DNA from: Desulfotomaculaceae bacterium
Lineage (GTDB): Bacteria; Bacillota; Desulfotomaculia; Desulfotomaculales; Pelotomaculaceae
Length of the DNA stretch: 64,000 bases
Assembly (NCBI GenBank): GCA_028709235.1
Contig: JAQVXL010000002.1
Coordinates: forward strand, 9,633-73,632
Reading direction: 5' to 3'
Shown: positions 8,843 through 18,733 of the stretch, piece by piece
How the letters are laid out: each line of letters starts with the position of its first letter
Position numbering within the stretch: position 1 is the stretch's first letter
Translations under genes and position numbers: made by a program
The notes under the pieces: model-generated
Databases searched by the model: none
What the model was told of the DNA's origin: nothing
The model's input: the letters and a program-made list of their open reading frames with translations, nothing else

Positions 8843-10291
8843 TTATTGGATCGCGCCGATCATCCGCCAGTAAGGTAAACACACCAGTATAGTTACAAAG
8901 ACCGCTATGATGTAGCAAAGTCCTGCTGTAAATACGTGGCCGGCTGCCCACCCTTTGTTCTGTATTATTCCTTCCGCCATCAGCATCCACGGCTGCTGGT
9001 AACCTAGGAGAAAGAAGTTTATGCCCGCCAGGTAAGCAAAGGTTGGCACCAGCGGGTGAATCCCAAACTGGTTGAATACGGGAATCAGGACGACCGCTGT
9101 AAGCGCTATGGTGGAGAAACCCCAGGGCACGTCGATAAAGCGAATCAGCATGATCCCCGCTGTCAAGATCAGCATGAAGATCAGGGGGTTGGACGCAAAG
9201 GAAAGTATTGTTGGCTGCAGTATCGGGGTAATCCACTCGGAAACCTTCGCATCCATAAAAATAGTCGAAAGACTGATCGTGACGCCAAAGAATACGATTA
9301 CGTCCCAGTTGGCGCCGGTCCCTATCTCCGATGGTTTAATGATGCCGAATAACAGCAGTAAAACAAGGGCTAATAAGGCTGACCCGGCAGCGGGTATGCC
9401 ATGCATCTTTTCAGTAGTAAATAGAATCAGGCAAGCCACCAGGATCACTGCTGTAATTATTTCATCACGGCTGATCTTCCCCAGGGCAATGTACTCATCC
9501 TTAAAAGTGTTGCGATCGATGCCGATTGCTTCTTTGGGCTTCATTAATAAAACAACCAGCACTACATATACCAATGTAACTGTGAACCAGGGCAGGGCCA
9601 GTATTTTAAACCAGTTGTCAAAAGTGGCCAGCGGTTTTAGCTCTGCAGGCAGGAATCCGACCATTATTGGCCCGGACAATGACCCGGTCAGCCAGCCGGT
9701 ACCCGGGAAAAGACACATAGCAAAGGCTATGAGGGCGATGAAGGCGGAACCTTTGGAATTGTATTTTAATTTGCAAGCCTCAATAACGCCCATAGCGATA
9801 GGCATGACAATCGCCAGGCGCACTGTGATCGAGGGCGTTAAGGCCGAAAGCGCTATCCCGATAATGAACCAGCTGATGGCCATCGTAATCCAGCTCGGTT
9901 TAAATATTTTTAACACCAGGTAGGCAATCCTGGTGCCAAGTCCTGTTTTTTGCAGTACAAAACCGAAATACAGGGCCGGGATCAGGATCCAGACTGCAGA
10001 ACTGACAAACCCGGCAGCAACAGTTGTATATTTAAGTCCAAAAACAAGACCGCCGCCGACCAGGAGTCCGCATCCGGCCATAAAAGGCACGTTATTGGGC
10101 TTGAAAATCCACAAGCCCAGAGTGGCAATCACAACGCCCACCATGTGGTGACCTACCGGCGCCAAACCGCTCAAAGGCTTGGCTATGCCAATAAAAAGAG
10201 CGATTAAAAAGACGATGATCGTCCCCATAATTCTGGGGTCTAACTTTCCCTTTACGGGCAAGGCCCCTTGAGTGCTAGTTTGTTGATCCAT
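8843..10291 (-). CDS. SLC13/DASS-family anion (dicarboxylate) permease
   Basis: About 13 hydrophobic segments; FVLQKTGLGTRIAY, LTPSITVRLAI and WDVIVFFG motifs typical of DASS. Confidence 0.8.
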   Translation of the reverse strand: MDQQTSTQGALPVKGKLDPRIMGTIIVFLIALFIGIAKPLSGLAPVGHHMVGVVIATLGLWIFKPNNVPFMAGCGLLVGGGLVFGLKYTTVAAGFVSSAVWILIPALYFGFVLQKTGLGTRIAYLVLKIFKPSWITMAISWFIIGIALSALTPSITVRLAIVMPIAMGVIEACKLKYNSKGSAFIALIAFAMCLFPGTGWLTGSLSGPIMVGFLPAELKPLATFDNWFKILALPWFTVTLVYVVLVVLLMKPKEAIGIDRNTFKDEYIALGKISRDEIITAVILVACLILFTTEKMHGIPAAGSALLALVLLLLFGIIKPSEIGTGANWDVIVFFGVTISLSTIFMDAKVSEWITPILQPTILSFASNPLIFMLILTAGIMLIRFIDVPWGFSTIALTAVVLIPVFNQFGIHPLVPTFAYLAGINFFLLGYQQPWMLMAEGIIQNKGWAAGHVFTAGLCYIIAVFVTILVCLPYWRMIGAIQ

Positions 10292-10854
10292 AATATTTCA
10301 GCTTAACTCCTTCCTACATTTTAAATATTGAATTAACTAATTTAAAATTGCAATAACTACCCTTAACCGCTTGATCCTCCCCCTTCATTATGCAAAATAT
10401 CCCTTGAACCGTACTGCGGAGCACGGTGTTGACCTGTACAAGTAGAATTACTCACCATGCAGGAACACTGAAATGCATCTATTTAAATGGCCTAGAGAAA
10501 GGTTACCAATTCGACATAGTTATTTCTACAAACAAATTGGCCACAAAAAGTGGTCATTTACTGCCCATTTTATCTGATTAAGAACTTAGTCATTTAAAGA
10601 AGTATTATAAAGCGCCAATTCAAGCTAGTTTCCTGAAAGTATTTATTAAAATTTTGAAATTACATATTATTAAGAAGAATATGTAATTTCAATGAACCTG
10701 GAACATCATTATTGCCAGGCATGGCAAGGAGAGCTTATCTGGCTCACCCCGTAAAACAAGTGACAGATCCCCGGCATTTAGCATATTGCCGGGGATCCGT
10801 CAAATAAAAACAATACCAAATTGTTTGGATCAATAAGGACGCTGCCGGGGTAGA

Positions 10855-11046
10855 TCAGGCCCCCAGGATATCGGCGGCATCAGTAATGTTTAGTTCCAGC
10901 ATTTTTATCATTGCGGACATTCTAACAACGTTCATTTCCACACATTTATTGCCACAGGCGCAGCCCAGTTCTTTTAAATTTTCCGCTTCCTGTTTTATAT
11001 TAGTAATAATATCTGCCATTTCACGGATTTTTGCTTTCTCGATCAA
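10855..11046 (-). CDS. Small helical hypothetical protein, co-transcribed with the ligase
   Basis: GAAAGGTGG RBS 36 bp after the ligase stop; KQEAENLKEL...NVVRMSAMIKMLELNITD. Confidence 0.65.
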   Translation of the reverse strand: MIEKAKIREMADIITNIKQEAENLKELGCACGNKCVEMNVVRMSAMIKMLELNITDAADILGA

Positions 11047-11081
11047 AAGGTATCGCCACCTTTCTGTAATTACTTCCTGAA

Positions 11082-12407
11082 TTACTTCCTGAGATCTTTA
11101 AAACGCCTGGCTTTTACTTGATACCTGGGCAGGGTATCATAAGGGTGACTTTCATAAATATAGTTAAGGTTGGTCTTTATTCTCAGGGTTTTAGCCAATT
11201 CGGCCTCTACTTCTTTTTCCTGGCCCTCACAACCTGGCGCCAATTCATATTTTAGAATGATCTTGTCAACTTCCCCATCTTTTTTCACAATTAATTCATA
11301 CTCGTTACCTAGTTGAGGCATACTGCGCACAACCTCTTCCACCGCTACCGGACTAAACAGTACCCCTTTAACTTTGGTAATATGGTCAATACGGCCATGA
11401 ATCCCGCCCTTGAAGATGCGGTGTGTGCGGCCGCAGGCGCATTTGTTTTCACTCCACATAGCCACGTCTTTAGTGTCGTAGCGGACGCATGGCTGGGCCA
11501 TCCGGTCAAAAGCGGTCATAACTACCTTCCCGAGTTTATTAGGCTCTTCAATAGGTTCCCCGGTTTCCAGATCCAGAAGTTCCGGCAGGAAAAACCCCTC
11601 GTTAACATGCATGCCGCCCGGTCTATAAGCACACTCGTATCCCCAGGCGCCCATTTCCGTCGCCCCGATATGGTCATATACATTACAGCCCCAGGCGTCT
11701 TCCATTCTTTTCTTGGTGGTGGGAACGCTTGCGCCCGGCTCACCCGCGCACAGGATTTTCTTAATCCCCAGTTCCCGCGGGTCCATGCCCAGTTTCCGGC
11801 AAGTATCCGCCATACCAAGTACATAAGTAGGCGTAGCCATGAAAGCGGTGGTCTTAAGCTCCTTCATTTTCATTATTCTTTCTTCGGTGTTAAGGAGGGC
11901 TCCGGAAACAACCTCGCAATTGATTTTTTCAGCAGCATAATGGCCAGACCAGTAGGCGATAAATACATTGTAACCAAAGGGGAGGAAAACCCTGTCGGTA
12001 TTCCTGAAACCCATCGCCCACAGAAACTGACACCAGGTTTCAGCCCACCATTCCCAGTCCTGCCATGTATCAGGCTGAACTATCGGTTGTCCGGTGGTGC
12101 CGCTGGTTTGGTGGTAAATTGTGACCTCTTCCAATGGCACGCAAAGAGAATCGCCGTAAGGCCACGGTTCCTTAAACTGGGCCCTGCGGTAACTTTCCTT
12201 TTCCAGCATTGGCACTTTCTTGATATCATCCCACGTCCGGATATCCTCGGGAGTCAATCCAACCGCATCATAAAGACCCCGGTAAAGTTTGGACCGGTCA
12301 TACACCCATTTCAAAATCCTTTTAAACTTTACCAACTGTAGTTCTCTTAACTTTTCCGCTGGCATGGTTTCTAAAATTGGATTCCAATAGATTTCCGGGC
12401 TTTGCAT
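11082..12407 (-). CDS. Phenylacetate-CoA ligase (PaaK)-family aryl-CoA ligase
   Basis: HQTSGTTGQP (A3), AGEPG, YDHIGATEMG, VRYDTKD and GRIDHITKVKGVLFSP; GGGAGG RBS before ATG 12407. Confidence 0.9.
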   Translation of the reverse strand: MQSPEIYWNPILETMPAEKLRELQLVKFKRILKWVYDRSKLYRGLYDAVGLTPEDIRTWDDIKKVPMLEKESYRRAQFKEPWPYGDSLCVPLEEVTIYHQTSGTTGQPIVQPDTWQDWEWWAETWCQFLWAMGFRNTDRVFLPFGYNVFIAYWSGHYAAEKINCEVVSGALLNTEERIMKMKELKTTAFMATPTYVLGMADTCRKLGMDPRELGIKKILCAGEPGASVPTTKKRMEDAWGCNVYDHIGATEMGAWGYECAYRPGGMHVNEGFFLPELLDLETGEPIEEPNKLGKVVMTAFDRMAQPCVRYDTKDVAMWSENKCACGRTHRIFKGGIHGRIDHITKVKGVLFSPVAVEEVVRSMPQLGNEYELIVKKDGEVDKIILKYELAPGCEGQEKEVEAELAKTLRIKTNLNYIYESHPYDTLPRYQVKARRFKDLRK

Positions 12408-12796
12408 TTTTAAGCACCTCCCATTTAGTTGCTTATTTGATAAAAAAAGCAAGTGTCTTATTAAAACCCTAGCTTTTTGCCAACTTAACTATAAACTACC
12501 ATGCGGAATGTTTTATTATAATAACCCGGAATGTCGGAACATTTAAGCTTTTACTGTCCTAATTAGCGGTATCAGACAGAACTTAACATAGCCTCTACCA
12601 TAATGCTTATTCTATAGCCGCTATTCATAATCTTCAGTAAATTCCCCTCAAAACCTTGTGTTAATGATTTCCACAGATATGTCAAATCCGTGTAAATATT
12701 ATTTTGGAAAAACCCTTTACAGGTGGTAATATTAATAATGTAATGCAACAGCTGTTTGATCATCCTAATAATTATAAAATTGGTGGTGTTTAATAA

Positions 12797-13660
12797 TTGA
12801 CTGTTATCGACTTTCATGTTCACCTGACCGAAATGGAGACACTTACACCAAATATTTTTGAATTATTATCAGGCGCTTACCCGGCCAGAAAAGATTTTGA
12901 GGCATTTTGCATAGAATACAGCAATCCTCATCACTATTTACGGTTAATGGATCAGTCGGAAGTAGATTATGCTGTTGTTGTAGCAGGCAGCAAGACTATG
13001 CCCACCAGTACCGCCATGAATGAACTAGTAGAAGATTTTTGCCGGGTAAGCCCGAGATTAATACCATTTTGCACGCTGAATCCTTACCGCCATCCCAAAA
13101 TAGGCCAAAAATTAGAGGATTTATGTTTAAATCATGGCTTCAAGGGACTGAAGCTTTATCCCCCCTACAATCATTTTTACCCCAATGACCAGCTGCTGTA
13201 TCCTTTGTACGCGGTTGCCGAAAGGCTGGGCCTGCCTGTGCACTTCCATACCGGGTCATCGATATTTGCCAACAACCGGATCAAATATGGGAATCCCATC
13301 TATTTTGATGATGTGGCTGTAGACTTCCCGGACATGAAAATCATCATGGCCCACGGGGGACGCGGACCATGGTATGACGAAGCAATGAGCATGGTCCGCC
13401 TGCACAAGAATGTTTATATCGACATTGCCGGCCTGCCCCCGGTAAAGATTTTAGAAATTTTCCCCGACATGGAGCGGTTCGCCCATAAGTTTATTTTTGG
13501 CACTGACTGGCCTACTCCCGTTTTTAATTTGGTTAATAGAAAGGCTGCTGTAATTGATGTTAAAAAGAACATTAAAACAATCAAGAACTTAAACATTTCC
13601 CAGGCGGCAATTGCCAAAATACTGGGTGAAAACGCCCAGCGACTCCTGGGATTACTCTGA
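12797..13660 (+). CDS. Amidohydrolase_2-family metal-dependent hydrolase/decarboxylase
   Basis: IDFHVH, GFKGLKLYPP, PVHFHTG, IIMAHGG and FIFGTDWP motifs. Confidence 0.9.
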   Translation: MTVIDFHVHLTEMETLTPNIFELLSGAYPARKDFEAFCIEYSNPHHYLRLMDQSEVDYAVVVAGSKTMPTSTAMNELVEDFCRVSPRLIPFCTLNPYRHPKIGQKLEDLCLNHGFKGLKLYPPYNHFYPNDQLLYPLYAVAERLGLPVHFHTGSSIFANNRIKYGNPIYFDDVAVDFPDMKIIMAHGGRGPWYDEAMSMVRLHKNVYIDIAGLPPVKILEIFPDMERFAHKFIFGTDWPTPVFNLVNRKAAVIDVKKNIKTIKNLNISQAAIAKILGENAQRLLGLL

Positions 13661-13768
13661 GGCTTTCAGGCGCACTGCAGCTTACAATACAACGCAGTGG
13701 ACATAAAATGACAGCCCCGGCGAGGTCTGGCCTGCAGGGGCTGTCAACAATGACAATACTATGCTTTA

Positions 13769-13876
13769 TTAAAACAGATTCTTAATCAAGGCGCTTAATC
13801 CGAGTACTACTGCCAGCAGTATATAAATAAACACTCATGGCGGACAGTTTTTATACCAGGGCTTCTTTGTCTCCAT
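13769..13876 (-). CDS. Candidate 35-aa membrane micro-selenoprotein (CPPU motif), not in the ORF track
   Basis: GGGGAGG RBS, ATG 13876; METKKPWYKNCPP-TGA(13837-13835)-VFIYILLAVVLGLSALIKNLF-TAA; hairpin UACUG-CUGG-CAGUA 13 nt after the UGA; directly downstream of prxU. Confidence 0.55.
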
Positions 13877-13973
13877 CTAAATCCCTCCCCTGTGCTGCCA
13901 CCTGGGAACTCTGGTACTTCCCCATGCTGCCAGGCCAACGCTGGCTGAGCTTATTTACTTTCCTGCTTTTTTT

Positions 13974-14687
13974 TTAATCTTCGAAAGCCTGCTCCACCTT
14001 CCAGGCCTTCCAAACGTTACCAACCAGGTCTGTACCGGGCTTCAGGGTCTGCTTGCCCGGCTTCCAGCCGGAAGGAGTAACCTCGGCGCCGCCTGTAGCC
14101 CTGACTAATTGGAAGGCTTGCAGTTGACGCAGTGACTCACTGACATTACGTCCCACCGGCGGGGTCAGGACTTCAAACCCCTGGATAATCCCATCCGGAT
14201 CAATGATGAATCTGCCCCGGGTCTCCACGCCGCTGTCTTCATCATATATGCCATAGGCCCTGCCGATGCTTCCATCCTGGTCGGAACACATCATGAACGG
14301 GATATCATGTCCAATCATCTTGGACAGTTCAATGTCATTCCACACCTTGTGTACGAAAACACTGTCAACACTTACAGACAGCACCTCCGCGCCCAACTTC
14401 TGGAATTCAGGATATTTCGCAGCAACTGCTGCAACTTCTGTTGCTCAAACGAAGGTAAAATCCCCCGGGTAGAAACATAATATTACCCATTTCCCCTTCA
14501 GTTCGGATAATCCAATATTCTTGAATTTACCCTGATGAAAAGCCCGGGTTGTAAAGTTGGGGGCTGGTTTTCCCACTCTGATCATAGACTTTTTGGCCTC
14601 CTTTACTGGTTCAGTTGAAATGTCTGTCTCAACATTCATTTTCTGAATTGGCGGTCTCTGACATCCTGGTTTAGATTCCTCCGGCAT
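13974..14687 (-). CDS. prxU: Selenocysteine-containing peroxiredoxin (AhpC/TSA), 237 aa via UGA readthrough
   Basis: Track ORFs 14445..14687 and 13974..14396 are in one frame: CFYPGDFTFV-TGA-ATEVAAVAAKYPEF, with TGA at the peroxidatic Cys position; also RGRFIIDPDGIIQ and GRNVSESLRQ. Confidence 0.92.
14419..14444 (-). promoter_or_regulatory. Putative bacterial SECIS of prxU
   Basis: 12 nt after UGA: GCAGC-AGUU-GCUGC hairpin with G in the apical loop. Confidence 0.55.
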
Positions 14688-14808
14688 CTACTCACCTTCC
14701 TTTTCTGAAAACATTCGAACCGACATCCATAAATTATTGTTATGATTTGTAATTATATCATAACTTACCTTTATGGGAAATAATTTACTAGTTTAGAATA
14801 ACAAATGT

Positions 14809-15807
14809 TTACCGGTCCCAGCTCTCTCTCAATACCGGGGCGGCGTCTTCCGGCGCCATTGGGTTAATGTACACTCCTGTGGCCACCTCCACCCCGGCAG
14901 CCACGAGCAGCCTGGGGGTAAATTCCATATACCAGTGGTAGCCCGGCTCGTAAGGGGAGTTAACCGGCGCCGTATTGATTGCAAAATTATAGGAAGGATT
15001 GTCCAGGGCATGAACTATAGCCATGCTGAGTTTTTTGCAGAACCAGGCCAGTTCCTTTTCTTCCGCTTCTGTCAGCTGGCCAAAATGTTCTGTATGGCGT
15101 TTAGGCACAATCCAAGTCTCATAGGCAAATCGTGAGGCGTAGGGACACAGGGCTGTAAAATATTTACCCGCATAGACAATCCGTTCCCTGCTTTCCTGTT
15201 CTTGCTGCAAGATATCACAGATCAGACACCGGCCCTGAGCTTGATAATATTGGGGCAGGCCGTCATTCTCTCCGGGTTTGAAAGGAAAACCGAGAATCTG
15301 GCTATGGCCGTGCCCCAGGGAAGCGCCGGCAAACAAACCGCGGTTTTTATAGATCTGGATATATTTGATGCGCTCATCTTCAGCCAGCGCATTGTAACGT
15401 AACTTAAAAGTGGCAACAATCATTTCTATCTGTTCCAGATCTAATTCATGAAAACCAGTATCATGCTGCGGTGTTTCAATTATCACTTCATGTTTCCCCA
15501 GACCGTTGCAAAAGCGGTAGAGCCCCATCTGTTTTTCCTCTAATTCCCCGTCCAATGCAAAGGCAGAGAACTTGTTGGGGATAGTACGGACCAGCCAACC
15601 CCTGCCGTCCGGGCCCTCCTTGCTCTTTCTAAAAGCTAAAATTTCAGGCGGGGTAGCAGCTTCATTTCCTTCACAGAACGGACAGAACCCGGCCGGGGCG
15701 CTGGCAGTTTCCACTTTCATAACAGGAAAATCCTTCGGCTTTAAAGTCAAATTAGATGATATTGATACCCACTTATTCTTAACATTATCTTTTCTTATTT
15801 CTGACAT
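14809..15807 (-). CDS. galT: Galactose-1-phosphate uridylyltransferase
   Basis: CPFCEGNE, VRTIPNKFSA, GKHEVIIETPQH, GASLGHGHSQI (HxHxQ) and YHWYMEFTPRL. Confidence 0.9.
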   Translation of the reverse strand: MSEIRKDNVKNKWVSISSNLTLKPKDFPVMKVETASAPAGFCPFCEGNEAATPPEILAFRKSKEGPDGRGWLVRTIPNKFSAFALDGELEEKQMGLYRFCNGLGKHEVIIETPQHDTGFHELDLEQIEMIVATFKLRYNALAEDERIKYIQIYKNRGLFAGASLGHGHSQILGFPFKPGENDGLPQYYQAQGRCLICDILQQEQESRERIVYAGKYFTALCPYASRFAYETWIVPKRHTEHFGQLTEAEEKELAWFCKKLSMAIVHALDNPSYNFAINTAPVNSPYEPGYHWYMEFTPRLLVAAGVEVATGVYINPMAPEDAAPVLRESWDR

Positions 15808-15975
15808 TATAATACCTCCTGGTTCAGTTTTGATAAATATCAACATATTTATTGCTGTAAATATGTACTATATGCAATAATAGAAACAGATTTTATTAAA
15901 AAAAGAAGCTTCTGAGCTCTATTTTCGCATATACTGATAACCGGGTATATTTTTATTTTGTAAAGGTAATTTTAG

Positions 15976-16554
15976 ATGGAATTTTATAACTATACACATG
16001 TGATTGCTTACGTAAACCAGTTTGGCGCATATGCCCCGTTGGTATTCTTTTTACTGTTTGTGATCCAGGCGATGCTGCCGGTGTTTCCTTATGTGATATT
16101 GGCTGCTGCGGGAGGTTTTTTGTTTGGTTTCCAGCAGGGGATTTTATTAGCCTGGTCCGGCGCCCTTAGCGGCGCTTCTTTGGCTTACTGGATCTGCCGG
16201 TGGTTTGGCATCGGCAGTTTTCTGAACAAGTACTATCTGCGTTACGGTTATGACGAACACAAACTTAGTCCCGGGACAGCTTTTTGGACCATTATCATCG
16301 CCCGGGTGATTCCTGTTGTGCCTACGCCTTTGATCAATGTGGCCGCGGCCCTGGGAGGAGTCTCTTTTCCAACCTTTTTGCTGGCTTCAGCGATAGGCAA
16401 GATACCTGCTGCGGTTTTATACACCGGTTTGGGTCTGGCCCTCTTTCAAGCCCAGGATGTCAAAACTATTCTTTTTATTATCGCTGCAGGCATATCCATC
16501 ATGATTCTGGCCAGGTATGCGGCAGGCCAATGGCGCCGGCAAAAACTGAATTAA
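15976..16554 (+). CDS. TVP38/TMEM64 (DedA/SNARE-associated) membrane protein
   Basis: PVFPYVILAAAGGFLFG...ARVIPVVPTPLINVAAAL...FLLASAIGKIP. Confidence 0.9.
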   Translation: MEFYNYTHVIAYVNQFGAYAPLVFFLLFVIQAMLPVFPYVILAAAGGFLFGFQQGILLAWSGALSGASLAYWICRWFGIGSFLNKYYLRYGYDEHKLSPGTAFWTIIIARVIPVVPTPLINVAAALGGVSFPTFLLASAIGKIPAAVLYTGLGLALFQAQDVKTILFIIAAGISIMILARYAAGQWRRQKLN

Positions 16555-16573
16555 TGCTCTTAATAAACGGGCA

Positions 16574-17950
16574 TCAGCAGAAATAGATACTGCCACCGAT
16601 AAATTCCCTGATAATGGAATTATAAGGCACTTTGGCCACATCCATCGGTTCAAAAAATGACAGCAGGTTCATAATGCGCTCCTTGCACTCATAAAAAGGG
16701 CTGTCCTCACCTATTTTTTCCAAAGAAGCCTCGGCGAAAGGACGCAGCGCGTTCATTTCATAGAGCATGCTGGAATTAAACATCACGTCTGCTTCTTCCT
16801 GAAACCTAAAGATATTTTCGTATTCACTTTTACGGACGCTGGGCCACTGATTGAAGGTTTTTTCAGGATCCGTTCCCCTGAATCGATCATCTCTTACCAG
16901 TCTGCGGATCAACCTGGCATCAGTGGTGGGAATCCTGTTCATAAAGTCGATATTGAGCCCGCCCAGGGCGCTGAGGTAGACTTTATAAATATGATTTTTA
17001 TTGATGCCGGTTACCAACCTGGGATTCAGCGCGTGAATTCCTTCAATAATGAGGATATCCCCGGGCCCCAAACATATGGTTTTTGTCTCTTTTGACCGGC
17101 AGCCCTGTAAAAAATCAAAGGCCGGGGCTTCAATTGTCTCCTCGCCAATCAGCTTTTCAATATGATCGTGCAGCAGTTCCAGGTCCAAAGCCTCTGGACA
17201 ATCGAAGTCATAATTGCCTTGTTCATCACGTGGAGTTTGCAACCGGTCTAAAAAGTAGTCGTCCAAAAAAAGCGGAACAGGATTCAAGCCATTTACCTGC
17301 AGTTGAGTAGACAGTCTTTGCGCAAAAGACGTTTTGCCCGATGAGGAAGGCCCGGCAATCAGCAGCACACGCAAAGCGCGGCGCTGCTGCAGGATCATGT
17401 CGGAAATATCTGAAATTTCCTTTTCATGCAGAGCCTCTGCAATACTGAGCAGTTTCAAGCTCTGCCCTGAATTGATATAAGAATTCACGTCCGAAACCAA
17501 TTCCACATTAATATTATTCATCCACCGCTGGTACTTTTCAAAGGTAGCAGATAAATGAAAGGGCGGAGCAACAGGGACAGGTTTGTCGATCTTCTGGTCC
17601 GGAACAGCAAAGTTTACTATAAAACCGTGAGAAAAAGGGGTGATCACAAAGGGCTCGGCCATTGCAGGGCTCAAATAGGCCGGATAAATTACTCTGGCCT
17701 TGATGTCATCGACTTTATAATGATAATACCCGCTATTTTTGCAAATAAACTGGATTGGTTGGTTTTTTTTCACCCAATCCTGCAGCTTGATCCCAATCTG
17801 CCTGACCTCTCTGACAGAGAGAGCGGAGCCAGCCAGTGTGCAAAAAATCCCTTCCAAAATAGAATAAGATGTTTTCAAGGTTTCTTCCGGAAATAAATCA
17901 TGGATCACTTTTATTAGCCCCAGTTTTACTGTCTGGCGGCCTGGACGCAA
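16574..17950 (-). CDS. Nucleoside (uridine) kinase with N-terminal ThrRS-like domain
   Basis: IAGPSSSGKTSFA P-loop, LDDYF, IIEGIHALN, RLIRRLVRD and ADVMFNSS. Confidence 0.85.
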   Translation of the reverse strand: MRPGRQTVKLGLIKVIHDLFPEETLKTSYSILEGIFCTLAGSALSVREVRQIGIKLQDWVKKNQPIQFICKNSGYYHYKVDDIKARVIYPAYLSPAMAEPFVITPFSHGFIVNFAVPDQKIDKPVPVAPPFHLSATFEKYQRWMNNINVELVSDVNSYINSGQSLKLLSIAEALHEKEISDISDMILQQRRALRVLLIAGPSSSGKTSFAQRLSTQLQVNGLNPVPLFLDDYFLDRLQTPRDEQGNYDFDCPEALDLELLHDHIEKLIGEETIEAPAFDFLQGCRSKETKTICLGPGDILIIEGIHALNPRLVTGINKNHIYKVYLSALGGLNIDFMNRIPTTDARLIRRLVRDDRFRGTDPEKTFNQWPSVRKSEYENIFRFQEEADVMFNSSMLYEMNALRPFAEASLEKIGEDSPFYECKERIMNLLSFFEPMDVAKVPYNSIIREFIGGSIYFC

Positions 17951-18022
17951 ATGAGTTTCCCGTATATTTATTGTTATTCACCTCTGTATAGTAATCCAGC
18001 CTTTTTAGATTGGGAGCAGCAG

Positions 18023-18733
18023 CTAAGAGAGGCATTTTTCTTTCAGGGGACAGTCCCGGCAAGTAAGAGTACCCTGGCAGGGTTTTCCCTGGGGCCGTTC
18101 ATAGCTCCGTTCAAGTAGTACTCTGCTCCAGCCGATCACCGCTGTTACTGATTTAACTGGCTGCAGTAAGTGATGAGAGGTCACAGTAAGGCCGATCTTT
18201 CCACCACTGACGCTGTCTATAAATTGCCGCTGGTGTGCCAGGGGCCAGTCCCCGTAACCCGGGCTGAAACGGGCCGTCGGGTAATAAGCGCTGCGTCTGA
18301 TATCCCGGACGGCTATAGCGTCAAGAATTTCTATAGTATGTTCAGCAGCTGCCGAGGCAATACCATTGAAGATAAAGGCGTCAGCCGCGCCGGCTGTTTG
18401 CTGCAATCCGCCCAGGTGTTCGTCTATTGCGGGCCCCAGGGTGGCCGCCAGCAGGGTGATCTTTTCACAGTCAGTAAAATGAGCGACTGCGCGGGGTCCG
18501 GCGATGACCAGGCTGGCGTCATCCAGTACCACCCGGTCCGTGGTTATGGAGCGGATCGAGCATACCCGGATCAGCCCTTGCGGTTTGGCCAGTTGGGTAA
18601 TGGACCGCAGGTAAGTATCGATTAATTTATCTACATTGGCCGGGAGGGGACCAGGCGTCAGCCCCAGATTAAGAAAGGGATAGATTTCTTCTCTGTCCAG
18701 CAGGAGGGGCAGGTTAAGAGTTCTCATGTTCAT
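18023..18733 (-). CDS. Stand-alone B12-dependent methionine synthase activation-domain protein
   Basis: AATLGPAIDE...RFSPGYGDWPL...LQPVKSVTAVIG; overlaps the metH stop by 4 bp. Confidence 0.85.
   Translation of the reverse strand: MNMRTLNLPLLLDREEIYPFLNLGLTPGPLPANVDKLIDTYLRSITQLAKPQGLIRVCSIRSITTDRVVLDDASLVIAGPRAVAHFTDCEKITLLAATLGPAIDEHLGGLQQTAGAADAFIFNGIASAAAEHTIEILDAIAVRDIRRSAYYPTARFSPGYGDWPLAHQRQFIDSVSGGKIGLTVTSHHLLQPVKSVTAVIGWSRVLLERSYERPQGKPCQGTLTCRDCPLKEKCLS

Noticed and set aside
9072-9923. 283-aa + strand ORF
   Set aside because: Antisense to the DASS transporter; composition mirrors reversed hydrophobic codons.
11313-12341. 342-aa + strand ORF
   Set aside because: Antisense shadow of the PaaK-like ligase.
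1574-14447. Idea that TGA encodes Trp (genetic code 4), given three in-frame TGAs
   Set aside because: Many intact genes here end in TGA (arsR, amidohydrolase, ECF sigma, MFS), and Trp is encoded by TGG throughout.
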